Sequence record: MT451984.1
Reading direction: 5' to 3' (one strand)
DNA: 32,000 nt
Origin: Microbacterium phage Nebulous
The translations under genes were made by a program, and so were the position numbers. The notes beneath the pieces are model-generated. The model had not been told where the DNA came from and did no database searches. It saw only the letters and a list, made by a program, of their open reading frames with translations. Below are positions 17,570 to 25,454 of the stretch, one piece after another; position 1 is the stretch's first letter, and each line of letters begins with the position of its first letter.

Positions 17570-18741
17570 TCGCTCTCTTCCTTCTTCTGGTTCGGGTAGT
17601 AGTCCAGCGGGTCGCGCGTCGTCACGTACTGCGTGCGCTGCTCGATCTCCGATGTGCCGTGGATTAGGTCCGCCACGGTGAGGTCCTTGTAGTTGCACAT
17701 GTACCCCGAGCAGGCGTTCAGGTTGCGCTCCACCTTGTCAGGGTCATCCCACTTGTAGGTCAGCAGCCTGCGGGCGCTGGCGTAGAACGCCTTCAGCTGC
17801 CGCCTGCGCTGCTCAGTGCTGAACGTCAGCCGGTCACGCCGGAACTCGGTGCTGTAGTCCCGGTGCTTCAGCTCAGTGAGGAACTCCTCCACGTAGGCGC
17901 GCTCCTCCTTGTCCTCGATGGCGAGCAGGTCCTTGCCACGGATGACACTGAGCATGTTGTTGTCAATGAGCCATTGACGGTAGACCGGATACGTGGTGCC
18001 GCTGGGCTTTAGGACGCGTGACTGCTTCCCCTTCTGGGTCAGCGTCGGGGTCTTGATGGCACCCGTGCGGCAGTAGTCATAGATGAAGCCCTTGGGCTGC
18101 GGCAGAGGCTTGCCCTTGTAGCGCAGGGCCGCGTAGGACTTGTCCGTTTCCACTGCCCAGAGGTAGGAGTAGTGCTGGAAGGCGAGCTCCCGGTAGCGCC
18201 AGTCCGGAAGTGTGGCATGGGTCTTGTGGTCGCCCAGCCACACATCACCGTTCTCATCGATCCAGATGATGTCAATGCGGCCCCGGTACAGCACCTTCCC
18301 GCGGAACATGGTGCGCTCAACCGTGAGCTCAACCGCGATGGGGGTGAGGACCTCGTGGAGCTTCTGGTCGTAGACCCAGTCGTAGCTCAGGACGATGTCA
18401 TAGCACTCCTTCGCCAGGGGTGCCGCCTCCTCCTCGAACATGTCCTTCTCGGCTTCGGCGATGAGCTCCTGGTGCTTCGCCTTCCAGTCCTCGCCGCGTC
18501 CTCGAGCCTCCAGCAGTGCGTGGACCCACGTGCCACGGGTGAGGGGCTTCTTGGCCAGCTTGGGGCGGAGGCCCAGGATGATGCCGTAGTAGGTTTCGCG
18601 CGGGCAGCTGACGAACCCCGAGACCATGCTCTGGGTGATGATCAGCTTGCCGTCGTCCGTGGTGGGCCAGGTGCCGCGAGGGCCGTGCCAGGCTTTCGAG
18701 CCGGCTCGCTTGCCCGTGGCCGGAAGCGCCTTGGCGGGCAT
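17566..18741 (-). CDS. PD-(D/E)XK exonuclease, Cas4/RecB-like
   Basis: SMVSGFVSCPRETYYGIILGL...RGTWVHALLE...YRGRIDIIWIDENGDVWLGDHKTHATLP (GxxD...DxK), with Cys residues near the C-terminus (CSGYMCNY). Start MPAKALPATGKRAG at 18741. Confidence 0.85.
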   Translation of the reverse strand: MPAKALPATGKRAGSKAWHGPRGTWPTTDDGKLIITQSMVSGFVSCPRETYYGIILGLRPKLAKKPLTRGTWVHALLEARGRGEDWKAKHQELIAEAEKDMFEEEAAPLAKECYDIVLSYDWVYDQKLHEVLTPIAVELTVERTMFRGKVLYRGRIDIIWIDENGDVWLGDHKTHATLPDWRYRELAFQHYSYLWAVETDKSYAALRYKGKPLPQPKGFIYDYCRTGAIKTPTLTQKGKQSRVLKPSGTTYPVYRQWLIDNNMLSVIRGKDLLAIEDKEERAYVEEFLTELKHRDYSTEFRRDRLTFSTEQRRRQLKAFYASARRLLTYKWDDPDKVERNLNACSGYMCNYKDLTVADLIHGTSEIEQRTQYVTTRDPLDYYPNQKKEESE

Positions 18742-18818
18742 CAGCGGGCCACCAGTTCCAGGAGCGCATCGTGGCTGATGGCCAGAGGCTTCTGGCAGAG
18801 CGTCCACTGGCACTTCAT
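18741..18818 (-). CDS. Possible mini-ORF (25 aa) between the polymerase and the exonuclease
   Basis: MKCQWTLCQKPLAISHDALLELVAR fills the gap. Its stop overlaps the next ATG (TGATG). The frame is open upstream (VHNSLAGRVVI...), so the start is uncertain. Confidence 0.3.
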   Translation of the reverse strand: MKCQWTLCQKPLAISHDALLELVAR

Positions 18819-18891
18819 GATGACGACCCGGCCTGCGAGCGAGTTGTGCACGCGGTAGAAGTGCTTCCGTGTGAAGTGCCCACACTGCGCC

Positions 18892-20784
18892 TTAGAATTC
18901 CGCAAGCGGTTCACCTCCCCAGCAGCGGCTGATGGTGACATCTGCCTTGAGGAAGAACTTTCGGTCGAGTGTGTCATCTGCCTTCTCCAATGTCTCCTTG
19001 ACGATTCGGCCGACCTTGCGTGCTGTCCGGTAAGGGGCTGTCAGACAGACTGAGTCATGAACCGTTGTGATTAGCTTAGCACCCAGGCGGGGCAAGCGGT
19101 AGTCCCTGGCCAGCCGCCCAAGGCTGATCAACATGAAGTCACTTCCCAGTGACTGCGTGGGACTGTTGATCGCCTGGCGGAAGGCGTTCTCCTGGATCCA
19201 GAAGTCCTCGTGGTAGACGCGGGGCAGGTGCCTGAAGCGCCCGAACTCGTTGTGAACCCCGCCGTACTCAATCGCCTCTCGGCGCTGCTTCCGGTAGTAG
19301 GCGGGCAGGTCGCTGAAGTTGGTGAAGTACTCGTCACGGAAGACTTCGGCTTCCTTCTTGGTGATGGTTACGCCGTAGTTCTCGAACAGGTAGTCCCCGA
19401 AGTGCTTCGCCTGCATTCCGTACACGAACCCGAAGTTGGCACCCTTGGCGAGCGAGCGGTGTTCCTTGGTGATCTCCTGACCACGCACCAGCCGTTTCGC
19501 CATGTACATGTGGATGTCTTCGTCAGCCTCAAAGAGCTGAAGCATGGTGCGCTCCTGCGCAAGCTGCGCAATGATCCGGAGCTCTAGCTGGCTGAAGTCA
19601 ACCTCAATCCAGGCCAGGCCGCGCTCCCCGAAGAGGTTACGTGTGGCCTTGTCTCGGGGGATCTGCTGCGAGTTGAGCCCTGGCCGTGCGTACGGATCCA
19701 GGAGATCCTTCTTGCTCTTGACCTGGCTGGGGCTGGCGCTGCTGAGCCGACCGGTGACCGTGCCAGTGAGCTTGAAGCTGGTGGGGATGCGCCCGTTGCG
19801 CGTGCGCTCCACGATGGGGTTGAGGAACCCTGTCAGTTGCTTGTAGAGGCCGCTGCGCTTGATCAGGAGCTTGGCTGCGGGATGGTCGATCTTCTGCAGG
19901 ACCTCTTCCGCCAGGCTGGGGGCACCCTCAGGGAAGGTCTTGGTCGGCTTGCCGCGCTTGGGGCACATGGCACCCTGATACTCGTAGAGCCACCACTTGG
20001 TCCAGTTGGTGGCACCCCACTTCGGCTTCGTCTTCTGCAGCCAGTCGGGCCACTCCTCCTTGGGCGGGATAGACGCGTCGAGCTCCTGCTCGATGGCCGC
20101 AATCTGCGCCTCCACTACCTGCTGCCGCTTGTGCACCACGGGCAGTCTGACGGGCAGCTCGTTGCGCTCCATCTCCTGAAGGGGCTTGATGGCCGGGATC
20201 ATGATGTTGCGCATCACGTACACCGGGTCCTCGCCCGGCTTCAGGTTGCGCTTGACGTGCTTCATCTGCCAGCGCAGGAGATCACGGGTGTAGGCCACAT
20301 CCTTCCCGTTGTAGATGCTGACGCGCTTGCGGCTGCGGGCGAGCTGCTTCTTGTCCTTGATGTCCTCGAACCGACCGAACTCGTCGGCGTATCCTGCCAC
20401 GTTGTCGTCAGCCCAGTCTTCATAGCCCAGCAGACGGACCACGGTGTCCTTGAGGCCGCTGGGGTGGTTCTCATCCAGCAGGTGGGCCATCATCTGGGTG
20501 TCCCACCAGACCTTGGTCTTGCACCCGTAGCTCTCCAGCCAGCGGACCTCGAACGGCGCGTTGTGCGGCACCATCTTGGGGATGCTGATGAACTTCAGCT
20601 GGTCCAGGCTGCGGGGCCACCACACCATGACGTCATCGCGATCCAGCGGGGCGAAGCCCACACACAGGATGCGGCCCATGCCCACGAACAGAGACGTCGT
20701 CTCAATGTCCGTGATGACCGGGGCCTTGGTGCTGGCCAAGTATGCCTTGACCTCCGAGAGACTCTCGGTAATGGTGAGATCCAT
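18892..20784 (-). CDS. polA: Family A DNA polymerase with 3'-5' exonuclease domain (630 aa)
   Basis: Exo: VITDIETTSLF, HNAPFEVRWLE, KDVAYTRDLL. Pol: motif A IEVDFSQLELRI, motif B EHRSLAKGANFGFVYGM, motif C ITTVHDSVC. Confidence 0.95.
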   Translation of the reverse strand: MDLTITESLSEVKAYLASTKAPVITDIETTSLFVGMGRILCVGFAPLDRDDVMVWWPRSLDQLKFISIPKMVPHNAPFEVRWLESYGCKTKVWWDTQMMAHLLDENHPSGLKDTVVRLLGYEDWADDNVAGYADEFGRFEDIKDKKQLARSRKRVSIYNGKDVAYTRDLLRWQMKHVKRNLKPGEDPVYVMRNIMIPAIKPLQEMERNELPVRLPVVHKRQQVVEAQIAAIEQELDASIPPKEEWPDWLQKTKPKWGATNWTKWWLYEYQGAMCPKRGKPTKTFPEGAPSLAEEVLQKIDHPAAKLLIKRSGLYKQLTGFLNPIVERTRNGRIPTSFKLTGTVTGRLSSASPSQVKSKKDLLDPYARPGLNSQQIPRDKATRNLFGERGLAWIEVDFSQLELRIIAQLAQERTMLQLFEADEDIHMYMAKRLVRGQEITKEHRSLAKGANFGFVYGMQAKHFGDYLFENYGVTITKKEAEVFRDEYFTNFSDLPAYYRKQRREAIEYGGVHNEFGRFRHLPRVYHEDFWIQENAFRQAINSPTQSLGSDFMLISLGRLARDYRLPRLGAKLITTVHDSVCLTAPYRTARKVGRIVKETLEKADDTLDRKFFLKADVTISRCWGGEPLAEF

Positions 20785-20827
20785 ATGGACTCCTTGTCGC
20801 CGTGGGGGCTGCTGGTGTTCAGTTTAG

Positions 20828-20897
20828 TGGTGGACCGACCAGGATTCGAACCTGGAACTCCCGCGCAATGGTGTTCAGCCAATTGAACTACCGGCCC
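20828..20897 (-). tRNA. Miniature tRNA-like gene (70 nt including encoded CCA), tRNA-Ala-like, with 2-bp anticodon stem
   Basis: Minus strand GGGCCGG-TA-GTTC-AATTGGCT-GAAC-A-CC-ATTGCGC-GG-GAGTT-CCAGG-TTCGAAT-CCTGG-TCGGTCC-A-CCA. Acceptor 7 bp with G3:U70 and A73; D arm 4 bp; T arm 5 bp; anticodon arm lacks 3 bp. Confidence 0.65.
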
Positions 20898-20904
20898 AAG
20901 GGAA

Positions 20905-20945
20905 GACCCCGCCAGCTCCTCGGGGGGATGGGAGCTGACGGGGTC
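20905..20945 (-). terminator. Strong terminator-like hairpin between the 20953-21363 gene and the tRNA-like gene
   Basis: GACCCCG-C-CAGCTCC...GGAGCTG-A-CGGGGTC: 7+7 bp stem with one mismatch, 7 bp past the stop. Confidence 0.8.
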
Positions 20946-20952
20946 GTGTGAC

Positions 20953-21363
20953 TCAGCGAGTCGGGCGCTTGCGCGCGGCCGGAGCCGCCTTCGCCGGAGC
21001 CGCCTTGCGGGCGGGGGCCTTGGCAGCGGGCTTCGCTGCGGCCTTGGCCTTGGGCTCGGGCTTCGGGGCCGCGACGGAGGCCTCCAGGCCGAAGCCTGCG
21101 GGCAGGTCGCCGGCACGGGCCACGACCTCGGCGATGAGCTCGTCGAGCGTGCCCTCCTCCTCCGCGAGCTGGATGGCGATGAAGCCGAACGCGCGCTGGA
21201 CCTTGTAGCGCTGGCTGGACTCGGTGACGCCGAGCTGCGAGGCGGCGTCGTCGATGGCGTCGTTGGCGATCTGCTTGAAGGTCGGGGCCTTGACGGCCTC
21301 TTCCTCGACCTCGGTCTCCTCGACCTCGACGGCGGGCTTCGTGGACTTGCGTGCGGTGGCCAT
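20953..21363 (-). CDS. Small protein with H1/histone-like Ala-Lys-Pro basic C-terminal tail (136 aa)
   Basis: Acidic N-terminus, compact middle, then PKPEPKAKAAAKPAAKAPARKAAPAKAAPAARKRPTR. SD 'aaggagacatc' precedes the ATG. Confidence 0.75.
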   Translation of the reverse strand: MATARKSTKPAVEVEETEVEEEAVKAPTFKQIANDAIDDAASQLGVTESSQRYKVQRAFGFIAIQLAEEEGTLDELIAEVVARAGDLPAGFGLEASVAAPKPEPKAKAAAKPAAKAPARKAAPAKAAPAARKRPTR

Positions 21364-21425
21364 GATGTCTCCTTGACTTGTGGGCCTGATGGTGGATTGT
21401 GGGGCTTGCGCCGCCTTGTGAGATC

Positions 21426-21455
21426 AGTATGGCATGTCTCAGTCCAAGTGTGCAA
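21426..21455 (-). promoter_or_regulatory. Sigma70-like promoter C: TTGCAC-18-CATACT
   Basis: Intergenic, upstream of the 20953-21363 gene, followed by GATCTCACA. A/T tract AGAAAAAACTTTC just upstream. Confidence 0.55.
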
Positions 21456-21459
21456 CCCT

Positions 21460-22890
21460 CTACCGAAAGTTTTTTCTGCGGATTTTGCGGACTACCGAAG
21501 TCAGGTGTTCGTGGTCCTCCTGCAAGGTGGTCCAGACGTCCTCGTCCACCGAGCGTCGGCCACACAAGAACCAGACGGTGGGCTTCTTCGGCGACAGCTT
21601 GATGCGGTCCGAGGCTTGCTTGAACGTGACGTAGTTGAAGTCACTGGTGTACCAGATCAGGTCGTTGGCGACCGAGATGTCGACGGCCATCGCCACGGTC
21701 CGGGGTTGCACCAGCAGCACGCGCAGGTCCGGGTCACGCTGGAACGCCTCGATGACGTTGTTCTTGTTCTGCACTGCGCCCGTGATGATGGTGTGGCCGA
21801 TGCCCTTGAGCCGGAGATAGCGGCGCACCAGCCGGACCTCGTGCAGATGTGTGCAGGCGACAATCACCTTGCCATCGCACTTCCGGAGCACCCTGCCCAG
21901 CGCTGCCAGCCGTGCCCGCGCCGCCTGCGGCACCGTGAACGTGTCGCCCTCGTCATCCTTGACCCAGCCAGCCACCAGCGTCCGCATCCGTAGCAGCCTG
22001 ACCAGGGGGTTCAGCCCGATGACTGCGCGGTCGGTGGGATCCATTTCCGGGTCCGGGACCCACGTGGTGCCGTTGTAGTAGATGACACCCTGCTTCAGCA
22101 TCCGCCTGCTGGCAGCCATCACCTCAGCGGGCACCCGGTAGTCGTACTTCTTGATAGGCACCGGGGCACCAGGGCCGACCATCGTCACGACGTCGTTCTG
22201 GATGTAGGCGTTCAGCTCGGCCTGTCGGATGGGCCGGATGAGTTCAGGGTAGCCCTTGACGTTGGTCCACTCACCGAAGTACTCACGGAAGTCCTTGGCA
22301 CTGGGCCAGCGCTCCCGGATCTCCGGGTTGACGAACGTCCACTGCCCGTAGATGGCGTCCACCTGGTTCGGGTTGGTGACAGGGGTGCCGGTGATGAGCA
22401 GCCGGTAGCCGTTCCAGTCGTGGGCCAGCGGGCGAATGTTCCTGCCGGTGACGCTGTTCGGTGTCTTGATCTGGTGGCTCTCATCCAGCAACATCATGCC
22501 CTGTCTGTCAGCAAGCTGCGCCAGCTCCTTCAGGAAGGGGCGGAGCCGCTGCCAAGGCTGCTTCCCGAACTGTTCGTAGTTGACGAACATGAGATGCGTC
22601 ACACGAAAGACACCCCGACCGGTGAGGTTGGGGTAGTCGTTGCCTGCGGTGAGAGGATGGAATCGGTACGGGATGTTCAGCCACTTAGCGGCCTCAGTGC
22701 GCCAGACGCCCTCGGCGATCTTGGGGCCGACCACCACGGCGATGCGAGGGACCTTGTGCTCAATCAGCTTCAGGCTGACGGCCGTCTTGCCGCTGCGGGG
22801 CTCGGCCCACAAGGCGGCGAAGTTGCGTCCTGGCTCAGTCAGCCGGCTCAGAGCCACCTTCTGCGAATCACGGAGCTCCAGCTTGGTCAT
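21460..22890 (-). CDS. SNF2-like superfamily 2 helicase/ATPase (476 aa)
   Basis: AEPRSGKTAVSLKLI (motif I), MMLLDESHQIKTPNS (motif II), RLLITGTPVTNPN (motif III), KVIVACTHLHEVRLVRRYL...DLRVLLVQPRTVAMAVDISVANDLIWYT (C-terminal motor). Confidence 0.88.
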   Translation of the reverse strand: MTKLELRDSQKVALSRLTEPGRNFAALWAEPRSGKTAVSLKLIEHKVPRIAVVVGPKIAEGVWRTEAAKWLNIPYRFHPLTAGNDYPNLTGRGVFRVTHLMFVNYEQFGKQPWQRLRPFLKELAQLADRQGMMLLDESHQIKTPNSVTGRNIRPLAHDWNGYRLLITGTPVTNPNQVDAIYGQWTFVNPEIRERWPSAKDFREYFGEWTNVKGYPELIRPIRQAELNAYIQNDVVTMVGPGAPVPIKKYDYRVPAEVMAASRRMLKQGVIYYNGTTWVPDPEMDPTDRAVIGLNPLVRLLRMRTLVAGWVKDDEGDTFTVPQAARARLAALGRVLRKCDGKVIVACTHLHEVRLVRRYLRLKGIGHTIITGAVQNKNNVIEAFQRDPDLRVLLVQPRTVAMAVDISVANDLIWYTSDFNYVTFKQASDRIKLSPKKPTVWFLCGRRSVDEDVWTTLQEDHEHLTSVVRKIRRKNFR

Positions 22891-23141
22891 CAGTCTTCTT
22901 TCAGGTAGGCTACGACCCGAAACTTGTAGGGGTCCCAGGCATGATGCTCGAGCCGCTGCTGCTCCATCTCCCAGTGGTGCCCAGCGGGCGGGTCGGGGAG
23001 CAGCCGCCAGAGGCGGGCCTCTTCGGCTGCCAGCTTGGCGGCGAGGGCTGCCTCAATGCCGTTGGCTGGCGCGTAGGTGACGTCCTCCTCGCTCACCTCG
23101 ATGGTGTGGCCCACCACGCGCGTCGGCTGCTCCCCGTCCAT
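22890..23141 (-). CDS. Hypothetical protein (83 aa)
   Basis: Tightly packed ORF overlapping both neighbours by about 1 nt. Confidence 0.6.
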   Translation of the reverse strand: MDGEQPTRVVGHTIEVSEEDVTYAPANGIEAALAAKLAAEEARLWRLLPDPPAGHHWEMEQQRLEHHAWDPYKFRVVAYLKED

Positions 23142-24094
23142 CAGAGGCCCCGGTAGTGCGCCAGCGGGTCAGCGTCCTGGTCGGCCTTGAGCGCCAGCTC
23201 GTTGAGCACACGGGCGAGGTCTGGCTTGAAGTAGTTCGGTCCCTTCTTCACCCGGCCAGGGAAGATGCCGTCGGGGTCGTTCTCGCCGGCGATGATGGCC
23301 TTGCCGTCGGCACCGAACTTGGACATGTTGCTGGCCTGAACCTCATCGAAGAGCGGTTCGGCGTCGATGCCCATCTCCACCAGCAGCCCGTAGACCACGT
23401 AGAGGATGTCAATGGCGGCGTCCGCTACTTCCACCACGTCCTGCGGGCCGACCCCGACCTGCACCTTGTCGGGGGTGATCATGGAGGCACCCAGCGCCGG
23501 GATCAGCTCATCCACGAACTCCTCACGGATGAGCTCGATGCGCACGGCGACACGGTCGTCAGGCAACGCTCGCGGGCTGGTGCCCACGGGCTGCCCCATG
23601 CCCTCATGGAACGCGCGGACCTGGCGCTGCGCCTTGTGGCCTGCGATGAACTCGTCCCGCGCCTCAGCCTCAGCGAGCTGGGCCACACCAGAGGCGTAGA
23701 GCTGGATGGCCTCCCACTGCGCCTGAGTGAAGCGGTGCTCCCCGAGCTCTACGTGATAGCCCTCGGCGAAGGCCGACTCGGGCAAGTGGATCTCCGGCAC
23801 GACGACCTCGGCCTTGGCCAGCAGGCGGGCCAGCACGTAGTCCCGATCTTCGGTGCCGCCGACGACCTCGTACTGGTCTTCAAACTGCTCCGCCGACATG
23901 GGGTAGTGCGAGCCGTCTTCCATGCGGATGATGTAGTCACCCGGCACTGCGGTCTTCGGCCCCAGCACGATCCACCAGCCGTCAGAGCTGGAGGCCACCT
24001 TGTGGCCCTTGGCCCACTTGGTCAGCTCATCCACCCGATCCAGGTCGAACCGCTGGGCTTCCACCGTGCGGTGCTTCAGCTGATACTCGGTCAT
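23141..24094 (-). CDS. MazG-like nucleotide pyrophosphohydrolase fused to an N-terminal small phage domain (317 aa)
   Basis: C-terminal half IRIELIREEFVDELIPALG...DVVEVADAAIDILYVVYGLLVEMGI...LFDEVQASNMSKFGADGK matches the MazG-like EExxE...ExxDxxxD pattern. N-terminal PGDYIIRMEDGSHYPMSAEQFEDQYEVV. Start MTEYQLKHR at 24094. Confidence 0.8.
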   Translation of the reverse strand: MTEYQLKHRTVEAQRFDLDRVDELTKWAKGHKVASSSDGWWIVLGPKTAVPGDYIIRMEDGSHYPMSAEQFEDQYEVVGGTEDRDYVLARLLAKAEVVVPEIHLPESAFAEGYHVELGEHRFTQAQWEAIQLYASGVAQLAEAEARDEFIAGHKAQRQVRAFHEGMGQPVGTSPRALPDDRVAVRIELIREEFVDELIPALGASMITPDKVQVGVGPQDVVEVADAAIDILYVVYGLLVEMGIDAEPLFDEVQASNMSKFGADGKAIIAGENDPDGIFPGRVKKGPNYFKPDLARVLNELALKADQDADPLAHYRGL

Positions 24095-24873
24095 TTCTTG
24101 TTCCTCGCTGCGCGGATCCCGCGCTGTTCCTTTTCGTACAGTTCGGTCAGTCGGTCGACCTCTTCCCACTTGACCAGTGTGGGGTCGTTGTCATCCTCAA
24201 CCGAGAAGGGATTCAGGATGATCTGGACAGCCTCAGCGAAACCGGTCGCCTCTGCCTCCAGGGCTGCGCGGGCGCTGGCGTTCTTCTCCCCGGCTGCGGT
24301 GTCCATCAGCTCGTTGTAGGAGTTGAACAGCTTCCGCACGAGCTGCGCGCCCACGGTGTCCCCAGCCTTGAGGATGGAGTTGAACCGCACCCGCTTGTCT
24401 GGGATGTGCTTGAACGCGCTGGTGGTAAGCCAGCGGGCGATCTCCTCACTGGTCTCCTTGCCGTTGTCGAGCGCGGCCTCGATGGCGTCTGCGATGACAT
24501 CGACCGTGGTGGTCTTGCCCATCCGCATGGCCTCGCGGTCGTCAATCACGGCGAACAGGATGCCCCTGCCGCTGAACGCCTTCTGCTCCAAGTGGCAGTC
24601 GCAGTCGCAGTGAGTGCCCTTGCACATGGCGTGAGATCCGGGGCTCTCGTGCTGGCAGAAGCCTGACTTGGTCATGGGCTTGCCCATGTCGTCCTCCTTC
24701 GTCTTCTGGGTGATGAGGCCCTCGTTCCAGTAGCGGTCAAGCTCCTGGCGGGCCTCCCTACGTGTGGCCAGAGGGTAGGGCTTCTGGCTGCGGGTGATGA
24801 GCACCCCGAGCTGGAACAGGTGGTCCAGGTGCGGGTGTGCGTGGGCAGGCTTAGCCGATCGTCTGGTCGACAT
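24091..24873 (-). CDS. Unknown protein with Cys/His-rich motif; possibly two translation products (alternative internal start at 24687)
   Basis: SGFCQHESPGSHAMCKGTHCDCDCH. A strong internal SD (AAGGAGGACGACATG) sits before codon 63. The sequence upstream (HLDHLFQLGVLITRSQKPYPLATRREARQELDRYWNEGLITQKTKED) also looks protein-like. Confidence 0.6.
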   Translation of the reverse strand: MSTRRSAKPAHAHPHLDHLFQLGVLITRSQKPYPLATRREARQELDRYWNEGLITQKTKEDDMGKPMTKSGFCQHESPGSHAMCKGTHCDCDCHLEQKAFSGRGILFAVIDDREAMRMGKTTTVDVIADAIEAALDNGKETSEEIARWLTTSAFKHIPDKRVRFNSILKAGDTVGAQLVRKLFNSYNELMDTAAGEKNASARAALEAEATGFAEAVQIILNPFSVEDDNDPTLVKWEEVDRLTELYEKEQRGIRAARNKK

Positions 24874-25441
24874 CTTGCAGGAAGGCCAGCAGCGAGTCGT
24901 CGCTGTCGACCAGGCGCTCCAGGGGCAGCAGCCCCGTGTCCCATGCCGACGTCGGGCTGTCGAAGGCGACCATGCGCTGGCTGAACGTGCCTGCAGACTG
25001 GTCGTTGAAGACCTCCATGATGCTGACGGTCTTGAACAGCTCGTAGTCCCGTGCCCGATTCAGGCCCATGAAGAAGTCGGCGAAGTAGTAGTACATCGGG
25101 TTCACCCGAGCGATGGGGGTGTCCACCACTTCCTCGGCCGTGAAGTCGGCGAGCTTCGTGTTGTGGATCTTCACCACCAGGTGAGTGTCCGGCATGGCGA
25201 ACACGGTACGGGGCCGGTCGTCGTTCCAGTTCCGGTCCGGCAGCGCCAGCCGGTAGACCATGTGCGTGAACCAGTCGATGCGGTCGTAGGTGTGGGGCAT
25301 CAGCCCCGCGTCCTGCATGTCGGCCTGATTGGCCAGGTGCATCTCCCGGGTAGCGTTGTAGTCCGGCTGACCTGCGCAGTCCAGGCGCTGCGCGCTGGTG
25401 GACTTGCCGGTCATGTCCGGACCCTCGAAAGCGATGAACAT
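24851..25441 (-). CDS. P-loop deoxynucleoside monophosphate kinase (thymidylate kinase-like)
   Basis: MFIAFEGPDMTGKSTSAQRL Walker A, TYDRIDWFTHMVYRLAL TMPK-like DR motif, LVVKIHNTKL. Confidence 0.75.
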   Translation of the reverse strand: MFIAFEGPDMTGKSTSAQRLDCAGQPDYNATREMHLANQADMQDAGLMPHTYDRIDWFTHMVYRLALPDRNWNDDRPRTVFAMPDTHLVVKIHNTKLADFTAEEVVDTPIARVNPMYYYFADFFMGLNRARDYELFKTVSIMEVFNDQSAGTFSQRMVAFDSPTSAWDTGLLPLERLVDSDDSLLAFLQDVDQTIG

Positions 25442-25454
25442 TGTGGGGCTCTCC

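Noticed and set aside
19837-20886. 349-aa plus-strand ORF
   Set aside because: Antisense to the exonuclease domain of the polymerase and runs into the tRNA-like gene.
20828-20897. attP site formed from a host tRNA gene
   Set aside because: Both 5' and 3' halves of a tRNA are present, and no integrase or excisionase is in the window. Not excluded genome-wide, but unsupported here.
20595-21455. 286-aa and 225-aa minus-strand ORFs spanning the tRNA-like region
   Set aside because: They cross the tRNA-like gene and a strong terminator and are out of frame with both the polymerase and the H1-like gene. Ser/Arg/Pro low complexity.
23156-24319. 387-aa plus-strand ORF
   Set aside because: Antisense to the MazG-like gene; Leu/His/Arg-rich mirror composition.
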